From contig CM119264.1 of the NCBI GenBank assembly GCA_051294375.1, positions 28,999,930-29,063,929 on the forward strand: a stretch of DNA of 64,000 nucleotides, given 5' to 3'. Numbering within the stretch: position 1 is the first letter of the stretch; the number at the start of each line of letters is the position of its first letter. Positions 1-12,600 of this stretch are shown piece by piece. Both the position numbers and the translations under genes were made by a program. Under the pieces are notes generated by a model. It worked only from the letters and a program-made list of their open reading frames with translations. It was not told the origin of the DNA and ran no database searches. Origin of the DNA: Paraspadella gotoi. Its lineage: Eukaryota > Animalia > Chaetognatha.

Positions 1-658
1 CCTCCCCAAACAGAAATCCCCAAGGACAGTCCGTCTTCCGTCGGCAACTACGTCGACTAGACCAAAATCGGACCAACCGACTCTTGACGGGTGGTCCGTA
101 CGGGCGTACGAGACGGAGGTACGGATGAACGACGCCACGGACGGAATCGATAAACGGCAACGACGAGGTGCAGGTCGATAACCGCCTAGGATTCAGAATC
201 GGATGAAGATGACAAAGGAGACGACAAAGTAATTGAGGTTGACAAAGAAAGAGGGCGACAAAAGTGCCGAGGTTGATTTACCGACGACGAACATGGTTCA
301 TCTCTCTCGATCAAAGGAGATGAACCGATTAAGACCGAGCGACCATCGTCGACTTGTCCTCCTCCTGAGGATGAGGAGGAGGAGGAGAAAGAAACGACGA
401 CGTCACGACGACGACGACGACACAAAGGCCGCAAAGCGAAAGAAAAGACATGAATGGAAAAGAAAACTGTTCTCGCCTTTTGGTAAAATTTAAAAAAAAA
501 TTTAAAAAAAATTTTAAAAAATTTTAAGATTTTTTTTAAATTTTAAAAAATTCAAGGACATGGTTCCCCATTAGTTTTAGAGAGTTCGAGAAAAAATAAT
601 TAGGATATTAAATTCCATTCATAAAGTTTATGTCTCTTCTGTTTATATCTCCCACTTG

Positions 659-714
<56 letters not shown>

Positions 715-1364
715 TTAGCTCATTAACAAAGCCCGGAGACGAGATTTCTTGTTGTCGTTGTTGTCGTCGGGCTTCTGGACAAGGGGCGTGCACACAAAAA
801 AAAGACCTCCAGGTTAACGCCCTGCTCCTTCCTCCAATCCGGAAGGTTGGGCGATCGAGACATCTCTCTTCCCGTTCCACTAATATAAAAAGGGAAGGCT
901 GAGAGCCTTATAATAGAGAAATCAACAAACTAACGTAAAAAATTCCTAATATTTGTAAAGTATTGTTGTAAACCTCTCGTCTCAAATAAATTAACTTCTT
1001 TAAAGTTGAAACTAAAAATAGAAATAACAATATCGCAACTACCTCGTCTTGATTTGTAAAGAAAGCGAAAATTCTAAGTATACGAAATAGACAACCAGTA
1101 ACTAGCTAGCAACTAACGACGGCACCTCATTCCATCTCGAACAAAACCTCGTACGTTTTTAAAATCGGCTAATAAATAAATGATTTTCGCTTACGAAGTT
1201 TTTATTCTTACCGAATTCCGATCGAATAAAAAAAAATTTTAAAAAAAATTTTAAAAAATCGATTTTTCGTTTTTTGTTAAAGTTTTCGATCTATAATTCA
1301 TTATAATTTTATAATGAGAAAATATTTTTTTAAAATGTATATGAAATTGGTACAACTAATATAA

Positions 1365-1562
1365 AAATTATCCATTCATTTAATAATTAAGCTATCTTGC
1401 CCATTACTTTGGACAGGTTTGGTGGTTTAAGGCCTCATCACTCTTACAAGATAATGGCAGGTCTCTGCAAGCTTTTAATGAAGACTCACTCACAGTCTGG
1501 TTTATACACTCCCAGAGTACCTGCTTCCCTTATCAAGGAAGTCGAATAATGTTTCAAAGAAT
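1365..1562 (-). mobile_element. Dispersed repeat family C (possible non-LTR retroelement 3' end); other copies at 13625-13815 and 62055-62250
   Basis: Shared blocks GCTATCTTGC..TTGGACAG..GTGGTTTAA..AGCTTT..AGACTC..ACTCCCAGAG..CTTCCCTATCAA occur in the same order at three loci. Confidence 0.6.
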
Positions 1563-2159
1563 ATTTACAATTCAAATTGCACATAGATTTAAATGGTTCA
1601 TCGTTTTGCTTTGTAAGTAGCTATCATAGCTGCTATGCCTATGGTTAACATTAATTATTTTAGTACTATGGTAATGGCAAAAAAACAATTATAATTATTA
1701 GCATTTTTATCAAATTTTTTTAGCCACACTACGAATAAGTAAGACGAATAACTAAGTGAAAAAGAATCAAATTATAATGAAAAAAATATTTTTGAACAAT
1801 TTTAAATGTCAAATATCAAAAGTAAACCAGAAGCGCAGAGACAACCGCCGCCAGGAAGATCTGGCAAACGCTGCGTCTTTAGGAGTGCCGAAGAGAAAAC
1901 CGTGCAGCGGCACCAAATCCAAACAAAGAGCGAGCCAGGGTCGCCGCGCTTTACTGGACAGTGAAACGAATGAGAGGAGGCCTGAATCCAGCGAAGAGAG
2001 ACAATCTCTGAGGGCGATGGCGGAGAAAAAAGAGAGCGTTGGAACAAGAACTCGGCGAGACTGGAAGTTGTGACGAGTCGAGATGCGCAGTATGAGGCTG
2101 CAAACCAAGGAGAAAATGACCAACGTGAACCAAATTATTACTTTCTTTAAAATCTTTTT

Positions 2160-2428
2160 AAACAAGTCTTGAGCAAACAAGTGTCGGATCTGCAAGTTAA
2201 GAAAAAGATGCAAGTTAAAAAAAGATACAAAGTTGAAAAAATGACGCGAATTTTAAAATGATGCAATGAAAAAATGATATGAGTTGAAAAAATGATGTGA
2301 GTGGAAAAAATGATGCGAGTTAAAAAAAGATTTTAAAAATTGTGATTTATCATCTGAATTAGCTGATTACCGCTTAATTATCGTAAGCAGATCCGACATT
2401 GTTTGCCTGTTTGCTCAAACTTGTTTTT
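2160..2428. mobile_element. Dispersed repeat family D, two inverted ends (Helentron/HINE- or MITE-like)
   Basis: AACAAGT(C)TTGAGCAAACAA..GTCGGATCTGC at 2160 and its reverse complement ending at 2428. Confidence 0.55.
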
Positions 2429-2685
2429 TGATATCCAGTTCACTAATCGTAATTTAATCAAAAACCTAATTAAACAATGAAAGCGCAAAAAAAATTATTA
2501 TAAAGTCTTGTCGGTTAACGAGTATGAAAAACAAGTCGGGTCACTCTCAATTCCCAATATTTTACCAACTGCAATACTTTATATCTTAAAAAATGATAAT
2601 TTTTTAAACTTGTATAATTTTCCAATTTGCATAATTTTTTAAACTTGCATAATTTTTTAACTTGCAGCATTTTTTCGACTTTTAA

Positions 2686-2830
2686 CTATCTAGTTATCGA
2701 GTTTCATTAGTGAGGCAGTGAGGAAGTTGAAATGTGAGTCCATTTTCTTTGTTTCATATCGATTCAAATATTTTTTGTTTGAATTTCTATTTAATTATGA
2801 TTTACTGCAATATTCAAATTAGATTATGGT
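2686..2830. repeat. Dispersed repeat, inverted relative to 46030-46162 and partly 46945-47050
   Basis: TATCTAGTTATCGAGTTTCATTAGTGAGGCAGTGA is close to the reverse complement of 46127-46161, and adjacent blocks also match. Confidence 0.65.
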
Positions 2831-3869
2831 AATTTTCTTTGATAGTAAGGACTGGCGAGATCACTATTCTTTTAAGATTTTTTATTTTGTTTCCCTTCGG
2901 AAGTGATAAAATGTTTCATAGAATGTTTCAATTGTATAAAAGGACCACTTCGTTTTCATTTTTTAAACTCCTTTACCTTCTCAAAAGAGAAAAACAACCA
3001 TTTAACTCAAAAAGAAAAAGCGCAGAAAGACGTCGCCAGGCAACGAAACGCCTGTCAAACGTCGCCAGGCAACTTAACGCCAGTCAAACGTCTCTAGGCG
3101 ACCGAACACCTGTCGAACGTCCATCAAACTTCACTCTAGTTTGACGTAGAAATTCGTCACAATTCACGCTTGATTCTTTCACAATCACAATTCATTAGAT
3201 TCCATAATAAATTTCATTTGGACTTGTGACGCACGACGCGTCGCATGACAACCAGAGTCCGTAAAAAAGTTTCCCAAAGACCAAGTAATGATCCGATCAC
3301 GTGAATCGTGACTCTCGTACTCCATTTCGTGCGTGACTCTTGCGACTTTAGTTTCTTGATTGTTGTGAAGTGAAAAGCTTGGTTGAGTAAAAGTGCTGGG
3401 TTAAAACGGTTTTTTTTTAGAAAGTGAATGGTTTACAAATGAAAAAAATTATACCTGCCACTGGAGTGTCTAGTAATATCGAAAAGGAATCATGAAAGAG
3501 CCAATTTTGGAGGCATACCTAAATTTGATGCTTGCATAAAATCGCGTTGCTATCACGGGAGTGATTTTTTAATTACGATTTAAGGCAGAGTTACTCAGCT
3601 ACTATATATATACTGTTAAACATGTTCATGAACATTTCTAAAGTCCATTCGTGTCTTTATTGATGTTTTCTTAGCAGTTTTAACCTTTTTATTAACCTTT
3701 TCTATCAGCTACACCTTTTTCTCCAACTGCACCAGCATTGAATTTGGCGGGAAAATGAATCGTCGCATCTTTTCTCGGAAATCGATTCACATTTCGTGAA
3801 GGCGTCGACAGCGTATCGCGAAACGATCTCTTGCGGGTGAGATCGGACGAGTTCTCAATCTTTCCTACG

Positions 3870-3900
<31 letters not shown>

Positions 3901-4487
3901 TTTTTCTTTCTTTCTTTCTCTCTTACTTTCACTTTCACTTTCCGTTCTCACCTTCCCTTATACTACATTGCATTTTAAGTCATCTGTAACCAATCTTCAT
4001 TAATAATTCGGTTACATCCTGCCGTCTTTCTTTTCTTCCTGTTTTACCTTTCTTTTTCTCTACAGCTTGATAATGTTTAGTACTTTTCTTTTCTTTCTTA
4101 AGATAAGAAAGCAAGTTTGTATTTTTTTTTCTTTTTTCCCCTTCTCTTTTCTCTCATTCTATTTTTATTTCTTTCCCCGCAACTCACCAGGGGCCACTTA
4201 CCCATTGTTCCCTCGTGTCGTTTTCGCAACGCTCGCGCCGCAGACTAATTTAAATAAGAAAAGTGTTACATAAACGCGCTCTATAAATGAAGACGTTTAG
4301 ACCGGATGTACATCGAGATGAATGAAAAGTTTTATTCTTTGGAAAATTGCCTTTGCGGTTTTTCTTTTGTCGCTATTGAGAAATATGTACGGAGATGAAA
4401 AGAGAAAGTTAAAGAACGAGATACGGAAAGAGAAGAGACGAGAGAGCTGGAAGAGAAAGAAGAGAGAGAGAGAGTAGAGAGAGAGAG

Positions 4488-4522
<35 letters not shown>

Positions 4523-4548
4523 AGAGAATAAGAAAGAGAGATAAAGAA

Positions 4549-4596
<48 letters not shown>

Positions 4597-4650
4597 AAGA
4601 GAGAGAGAATAAGAAAGAAAGAGAAAGAAAGAAGAGAGAGAAGAGAGAGA

Positions 4651-4691
<41 letters not shown>

Positions 4692-4713
4692 AGAAAAGAG
4701 AGAGGAAAGAAGA

Positions 4714-4752
<39 letters not shown>

Positions 4753-6486
4753 CGAGAGCTCGTAAAAAGTTGAGTATGAATCGAGATCAGAATTTCTTTT
4801 TTCTATTCAGGATTTTTTTTCGATTCCACGATTTTACAGAATCAAAAACGTCGATGGTGAACCAGTTAATGGAATGTCGGACTGTTATAACCTTTGTCTA
4901 ACTAAACATCATATGTCTAATTCTAAGGTTTAAACGAATCATATCAAGAAGCTTTGCCCTGGTACTTTCTTTATAATATTATAAATCATCTTATTGTATA
5001 ATCTTTTAACTCTTTTATCATGACGTGCGATACGCTTAAAAAAGCTAATAAGGTTTTATATCCCTTGCCTCTCTTTATTCATGCTATGAGTTTTTTAACA
5101 TTATAACTATTCATAATATTCCTTTTTAATTTCCCCTCTTTCATATTTACCAACTCTTTAATGTTCTTCCTTCTAACTTAGTTCACAATCTCCCCACATT
5201 TTTCTCAATCTTAATTATCACAATTTCTTCACTGAATCTCGACTCATGTTTTTTCCTCCTTTTTTCTTCCGACCTCACCTTGCATCTGCCTGCATCGGCT
5301 CGCATCGGCTTGCACCTGGTAGTTTTGCTCGGCTTTTCGTGAGATTTTGAAAGTAAACCTCGGTTCATTGGGAGAAAAAACTATAAAACAAACAAAATAC
5401 TGAATTAAACTATTTTGTTATCCTTTCTCACTATTACGTTTCGATAAAAACGTTTTTCGAAACATGTCCGTCTTTATTATAACAAAGAGTGGAGGACGGA
5501 ATTTTTAGTGATAAAGAATTTGTAACCAAAGGAAAATGAAGGTGAGTCTATTTCAGTGAAACATCGAGGGGAAAATGCGCGAAGGAATAAAATTACAATG
5601 ACTTTTATATGAACTAATTTGTTTATCAAAGTAGGAATTCGAAAAGGGAATGGAATTTTAGGCTGAAAATAATATTGACATTTTTGTAATTCAAGGAATT
5701 TTCACATTCAATCTTCACTAAAGAAAAAATCATTGTTTGTAAACAATAAAAAATAAAAAATAAAAACAATAAAAACAATAGAAACTTATGTCGAAATATA
5801 TGGAAAATTTATAAATTTCTTTTTTTTGCACTGCACTCCATTATGAAATTGAACTTTTTAATCAATAAAAACTTTGTTTTCTCTAGTTAAAATCTCTCGA
5901 TATATTTATTTCCCTTTATCCTCCTTCGTTCCGAAGTGGCGTGAACAATTTTCTTAGCCACACACTACTTTGAAACAGGTCGACTTGAAAATTTCTTTTC
6001 TCTCTGTCTACAAACTGAAATAATTCACAATGTTTCTGAACATGCGAATTTTTGGCGTTAGTATTTGTTTTAAATTAAGGAATTTTATTTGTCGCTTTTC
6101 TTTTTCGCAAACTATGGACTTGGGTTCAATTCACAGGAAGTGGAAACCACATTCAAATCTTAATGTTTAAAAGAAATATCTTAGAGAGATGCAAAGCGTC
6201 TTGTTATATCCGCATCTAAAAACTCCTGACTTTTTTTCGCGCACCATAGATCATCGCGTTCCCGAGAAAAAAAAAGGGGGCGCTGGTCTGAATGCCTCGT
6301 CTGGCACCGGAGACGCGATAGCGGAACTACGCCGCCAGGGGGTAGACGGTAACGGCGGCGGCGGCGGCTGCGGCGGCGGCTGCGGTGATGGTGGTACTTT
6401 TGAAAGAGGCGCCGCGAAAAGAAATAATTTTTTTCCCCGTTGAACCCGCGGCTTCGATTTGGGTCAGAGTCTGATTTCAAAGACTG

Positions 6487-6815
6487 TGTGGGCATTGGCG
6501 GCTTGGGTATTGGCGGCGAGGGCATTGGCGGCGTGGGCATTGGCGGCGTGGGCATTGGCGGCTTGGGCATTGGCGGCGTGGGCATTGGCGACGTGGGCAT
6601 TGGCGGCGTGGGCATTGGCGCGCTTGGGTATTGGCGGCTTGGGCATTGGCGGCGTGGGCATTGGGGCGAGGGCATTGGCGGCGTGGGCATTGGCGGCTTG
6701 GGTATTGGCGGCTTGGGCATCGGCGGCGTGGGCATTGGCGGCGTGGGAATTGGCGGCTTGGGTATTGGCGGCGTGGGCATTGGCGGAGTGGGCATTGGCG
6801 GTGTTAGTATTGGCG
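6487..6815. repeat. 15-bp GC-rich minisatellite (GGCATTGGCGGCGTG)n
   Basis: About 21 units. It produces the GIGGV, PTPPM and ALAAW repeat ORFs. Confidence 0.9.
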
Positions 6816-8555
6816 ACCTGGGCGGAGTTTGTGTCATTTCCACTGTCAGCGTGGCATTTGCGGTCCGGCACAGGCATTTATATTTGTGGCGATGGTATTC
6901 CTGACGTTGGCGTTTGACTCATTGGCGTTGATTGTCAGCATCGGCATAAGCATTTGCAGTATTGGATTTCGGTGCTTTGGCGTTAGGGGCATTGACACTG
7001 GCTATGGCGCTGTAGGCATCGGGATCGGCGGCAAAGGTATTGAGATTTGTCACCTTTGACAATTGCTGTATCAGCATTTTCGGCATTAGCGGAGTTGGCA
7101 GCGTCGGCAACGTCGGCGTGAGCGACGTCGGCAACGTCGGCAACGTCGGCGTGTGCGACGTCGGCGTCTGAGGCGTCGACGGCGGCGAAAGTTTGGATGT
7201 TTGCTTCCGTCTTGAATTATGCGTCTGAGTCATGTGCTGAATGAGCCACCGCCACCGCCGCCGCTGCAGCCGACCGCCGCTGCAGCCGACCCCGCCGCCG
7301 CTGCAGCCGACCGCCAACTCTGACTCTCTGTCTCCGAAATCGGTTCTCCGTTTTCACTGCCTCACCTTAAGTAAGGAAAAACCTATCAAGTTCGTATTGA
7401 ATATTTTTTTGGTATTTTAGGATAACTGTTTATAATATGTATGTAGCAAATTAAAAAAAAAAGTAATTTTAAAGAAAGTTCAAAAGTACGTTCCGCTCAC
7501 CTCGCTCAAAATGTGGGTCTTTCTTCTTCCCAAAAAGAGTTTTATTCCACTAGTAACTGAATTCGGGACTTTATTTTCCCGCCGCTCGGTTGTCTCTCCT
7601 GAAATTAAGTCGTTACTGCAGCCGAAAGATTTGTTGTTTGCAGAATATTATACCAACGAGGCAACCTCAGACTTTATAGTTTATTTTAATTATAATTTTC
7701 GGTCAATCATCGTGACGTTGCCCTTCTCATGCTAAACTTTTCTCTTTTTTTAATTTTTTAATTCATAAACTTACTTATCATATTCATTACTCAAATATTC
7801 GTACAAAATTATCGCCATTTGTAAAATAAGTCTGAAAGCAGAGGAAACTTAAACAAATCTTTTCTAAAACCTAATTTCTCAATTCACATTTAACTATGTA
7901 TTAAAGAATTTCCGTCCTTTTCTCTACCATCCTCTCCCCTTTACTTTCCCCCCACTCTTCGTTCTTCCCCCGCCCCCCCCCGCCCCCTTCCACGGCGTTT
8001 GTAAAAAGGCATCAAAGATTCGAGTCAAAAGATCGTCGACTCGATTTTATGTTTGGAAGAAGGAAAAAGGTTAAACAAGTTTCCTCGGCGAATATTTCGG
8101 GTTTTTTTTGTCTGAAAAGATTAAAGGAAAGGAAAAATAAAGAGGTGGGGGTTGAAAAGGAAAAAAGAGAGAAAGAAAGGGAGAAAGAAAAAAGGGAGAA
8201 AGAAAGAAAGAAAGTAAGAAAGAAAGAAAAAAAGGGAAAAAGAAAGAGAGAAAAAAGTAAGAGAGAAGGAATGATATCGTCAGCGACAACAACAACCACG
8301 ATCAACAGCTGAGGAGGATGAGATGCACATAGAAGAACAGGAGGAGGAAGTGCTTGCTCCTGAGGATGAAGAGAGACGAGCAAGCGAGGAAGGAGTGGAG
8401 AGAAACTAGACAATCTGTTCATGAGCGATCTGGGACTGAACTTTACAATAATTGCCAATATTGAATTTACACGTTTTCTGTCTCTGAAATTTATGTAAAT
8501 AAGAAATAAACAAATAGTCAAGTTTAAAACGAATTATTCATGGCTCTCGTTTATG

Positions 8556-8597
8556 TGGTGGCAGCGGTGAGATTCGAACCCACGCCTCCGAAGAGAC
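8556..8597 (-). pseudogene. 3' half of tRNA-Leu with an encoded CCA (retro-copied fragment)
   Basis: Minus strand GTCTCTTCGGAGGCGTGGGTTCGAATCTCACCGCTGCCA-CCA matches the variable arm, T arm and acceptor strand of animal tRNA-Leu(AAG/TAG). The 5' half is absent. Confidence 0.85.
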
Positions 8598-8609
8598 ATG
8601 AGAGAGAAA

Positions 8610-8890
8610 GAAACAAGTTTGAGGAAACAATGTCGGATCTGCCCACGATCATTAGCGGTAAGCAGCTGATTAGATAATTAATTAATTAATTAAATAAAAT
8701 AATTTTTTAATATTAATTTTTTTCATTCGCGTAAAAAACGTTTTCCACTTTGTCTCGCCAATCAATCACAAAATTAATTAATAAATTGATTACAAAATAA
8801 TTAATTACTAATTTATCAATAATAAAGAAAAAAACATAATCAAATTGGGAAATATATTTTTTTGTTTTTTCCATTTGAACTCATTTGAAG
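8610..8890 (+). mobile_element. Family D copy
   Basis: AAACAAGTTTGAG.AAACAATGTCGGATCTGCCCACGATCATTAGCGGTAAGCAGCT.., matching 15449 onward. Confidence 0.65.
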
Positions 8891-9384
8891 TTCATTCACG
8901 CTCTCTAACTTGAGTAATGTACCATGCTTCCATGCTTAATGAATGAGTTAAAAAATAAAAAATTCTTGCCAAATCCATTTTCTCTCTATTTTCTGTAATA
9001 ATTGACAATGAATCTATTCATATAGTAATACACAATTGATAATTTGAGATATATATAACCCACAGCAATTAGTATCCCGAGCCCGGCATTCAGCAACAGT
9101 GATCATAAACTACTGCTACAACTACTGGCCTCAAATTAATATATAATGTAATATGAAACAACAACAACCCAGATAAATGGCATCAGGATAACAATGATAA
9201 CCTGAACAAACCGCTTTGACCAAGCAATAACGATAACAGACAAACAGCATCAAGCAATAAAATTATCCGAATAACTAAAATTAAGACTAATGGTTTTGTA
9301 AATAAATTACATTTAAACGATAAAGAAAAGATCTGAAACTAAAAAATGATATCTGAAATAATTGGCCCTAATCAAACGAACTTT

Positions 9385-9620
9385 AATTACTCAACCAAAT
9401 TTTCTTAAGCAAACAAATAACAAGAATTACTCAAACCAAATAGCCTCAAGCCAACAAATAACTTGAATTACTCAAACCCAATGGCCTCATGCAAACAAAT
9501 AACTACAATTACTCAAACCCAATGGCCTCATGCAAACAAATAACTACAATTACTCAAACCCAATGGCCTCAAGCATACAAATAACTACAATTACTCAAAC
9601 CCAATGGCCTCAAGCAAACC
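9385..9620. repeat. About 39-bp minisatellite abutting the predicted stop codon
   Basis: ATTACTCAAACCCAATGGCCTCA.GCAAACAAATAACTACA, about 6 units. Confidence 0.85.
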
Positions 9621-12600
9621 AACCGCAAAAGATTCCATAGAAGAGAACGAAGAGAGTGACGATGCCAAGAAAGATGAGAGGCCATCTCTCTTTCTTGGCC
9701 TCAGCCAAATCCTCTTGGCTCAGAATGCCGTTCTCTCTCTCCTTCTTTTCTCCGTTGATCAGGCGATTTTGGACTTGGCGAATGAGGATGTAAAGAAGTA
9801 GACCGACTTCGAAAATGCCGACGATGGCCACGCAAGATTCTTGCATCGGAGTCATTTCTCGTTTGCCTGGACAATAAAAATATTTTTGTTTGGTTGGTAT
9901 TTGTATGGGTTGGTCAGCGTGCTAGTTGGGTCAAAAGATGAATCAGTTTGGTCATTTGTAAGGGTTGGTCGGCGTGCTAGTTGGGTCAAAAGATGAATCA
10001 ATTTGGTCATTTGTATGGGTTGGTCGGCGTGCTAGTTGGGTCAAAAGATGAATCAGTTTGGTCATTTGTTTGATGTGTTTGCCTTAATAGGAGTTTGATT
10101 GTTTTGTTGGAGGCATTTAATCTTTACAGTCTAAAAGTCAACCAATTCCTGGCAATTTGAATTTGTTAAATCTTTTCTCGCTCAAATCATTTCCAAATTG
10201 ATCTATAAAATGTGCTATCATTCCAATAAAAAAAAAGAAATAATCAATTTTCGCTAATTTTTAATTAAATAAATCATTACCTCCTGAAGAAAACAAATAA
10301 ATGAAGCCAGAGATTAGAGCGATGATCCCCAAAAGCCAAAGACATAAACCAAATATCGCATGAACCAAGTTGAAAGTGAAGCGCAAATTACTTGAAGGAC
10401 CTAAAGGTAGAGGATAATGTTATAAGTACAGGACATATGTATATGTATTGTTTTGTCTCATATCACCATTAATGAAAAATTTCAACAACATTTCAAATTA
10501 ATATTTTTTGGTTTTGTGCTTGTTGTGCACGTCCAGTAATTGTTCCATGCCAAACATGATAAAAATCAAACAAAAAAAATTGGTGACCTGGCCTCATGAG
10601 CCCCATGATGGCTTGCACGATGACCAAGAGAAAAGTGATAAAACCGCTGACTGTGTGAAGTTTTTCCAGTTCGAGCTCCCAAGACTCATACTTCATGGAG
10701 AGAACGAAGCCGGCGACGGTGAAAAGAAGAGCTGAAGGAAATAACGAGAAAATATTTCAAATCTTGTTACGGAAGTTGGTACGAAATGGACGAGCAGCAA
10801 TTTTTAGTAAGTCACTTACCCGTGATCATCGACGCGGCGTGAGCAGCGAACCAACTGCGTTTCCCAAAGATTTTTCCGTTGCCTCCTATCAAACGGAAAG
10901 AAGTGGAAATGGTGACTCCTAGAGGCACAGCGCCGATCCAAGCGATCGACATGAATGTTCCGTGGAGTTTAATAGGCCATTTCTCTTTCGTCTTCGGTGC
11001 AGTTGTCGTTTTCATTGTTGTTGTTGCCGTTGTCTGTGGTTCCGGTGGGTTCTCCAATGGCGCGCTGAAAAAGGGAGGCATCTTGACGACCTGCTTCTAA
11101 AGTTTTAGGGTCACGTCTCTTTGTCACATATGTCTCGCTCTGTTATCCGTGTTCCAACCCTTAAATCGACCTAGAAACTCATCGTTTGGATTTTTTGTTT
11201 GCATTGAATACATTCTGGATTAACTCGGGGTAGAATTAACTTTAAAAACTCTTTAAAATTAAAAAAAGTAAAAATGAGACATAAATGATACACTGGTACA
11301 GTTACGTAAGTACTTTAAATTTTTGTAATTTCTCAATTATTATTTGTAATTAAAATAAAAATTATTTTCGAAGGCCTCTGCTTACAATCCTCGCATTCAG
11401 ATAAAAAAACTAGTTTTTCCAGTATTGTTCAGTTACTACTAAACAAATAAAATTTAAATTGCCCCATAATATAAATTAGGCCAAAATACGGATTAGTTAA
11501 AACCATCTCCAGCTATTTCTAATCATATAAGAGTAACATTTTTTGCAACTTTTAGGGAAAAAATCATGTCCATTTTTGTCCATTTTCACTTTCGTCTTCA
11601 AATTTGAATGCCAAGGAAAGTTGAGAAAATTTTTTATTTTGGAATTCCTTTCTTCCTTATCTTCTTCACCCCTGAGTAAAATATTTTCCTTATATCATTC
11701 ATAGTTCACTTATGAATTAATTTGAAAGTTGACAAGTCAAAAATTCGCAGTTTAGTTTTATTATATTTATTAAACAAAAATAGTTTTAAATTGGCTTAAA
11801 CTAACAGAAAATATAGCCCACAGAATAAGCTTTTAACATCTACAAAATTATCAAAAAAACTCATTTCGTTTTAGCCATAAATATTTTTTAAAGACGACAA
11901 TTAATTTGTGACTTTTTGTGACTTGCATTTATTTTAATAAAGATAAGATTTTAAAATTTATTTTAGTTTTAACAATTGAGGAACATACTGACGTTAATAA
12001 AACAAAAAAAACCGCATCCTTTTAAACCAATGGAAAGCGTCAGGCCTTGTTTTTTCTCAAAGATCGACAGATTTTGCGGAAATATTTTCGCAAAATCTGT
12101 CGATTTACTAAATTTGCCAGGCAACCAAAATTGAAAGAAAAATCATGAGATACCGTAAATTTCTTTTCTTATAATGGATAATAAGAAATTTCTTTGATTT
12201 GGCTCAATGTAAAGACAGAAAAGTAGTGGGAGGGAACAGGAAAGGGGAGAACAAGAAAAGGAGAAGGGGAGAATGAGAAGAGAAAGGGGAAAAGCATAAA
12301 AAAAGAAGGCAAAGGGAGAAAAAAATAAGGAGATAAAGGAAAGGCGGAAAAAGAAGGGAAAAAATGGAAAGAAAAAGAGGGGAAAAGAGGGGAAAAGAAA
12401 GAGAAGGAGAGAAGGCAATAAAAAAGGAAAAGGAAAGTGAAATATGTGGCAGAGAAAGGTAGGGTCATAGAAAAGGTAAGTTACGGCGTGAAAAGTAGGG
12501 AGGAAAAGAGGAAGATAAAAATAGAAACACAGAGAAAAAAGAGATGAAGAAAGAGAATCAGGGAAACGGTATGAAAGGGAAAAAAAATGTATCAGATAAT

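Noticed and set aside
1-493. Possible acidic or basic coding fragment at the window start
   Set aside because: Stops or frame changes in the frames examined and no recognisable domain.
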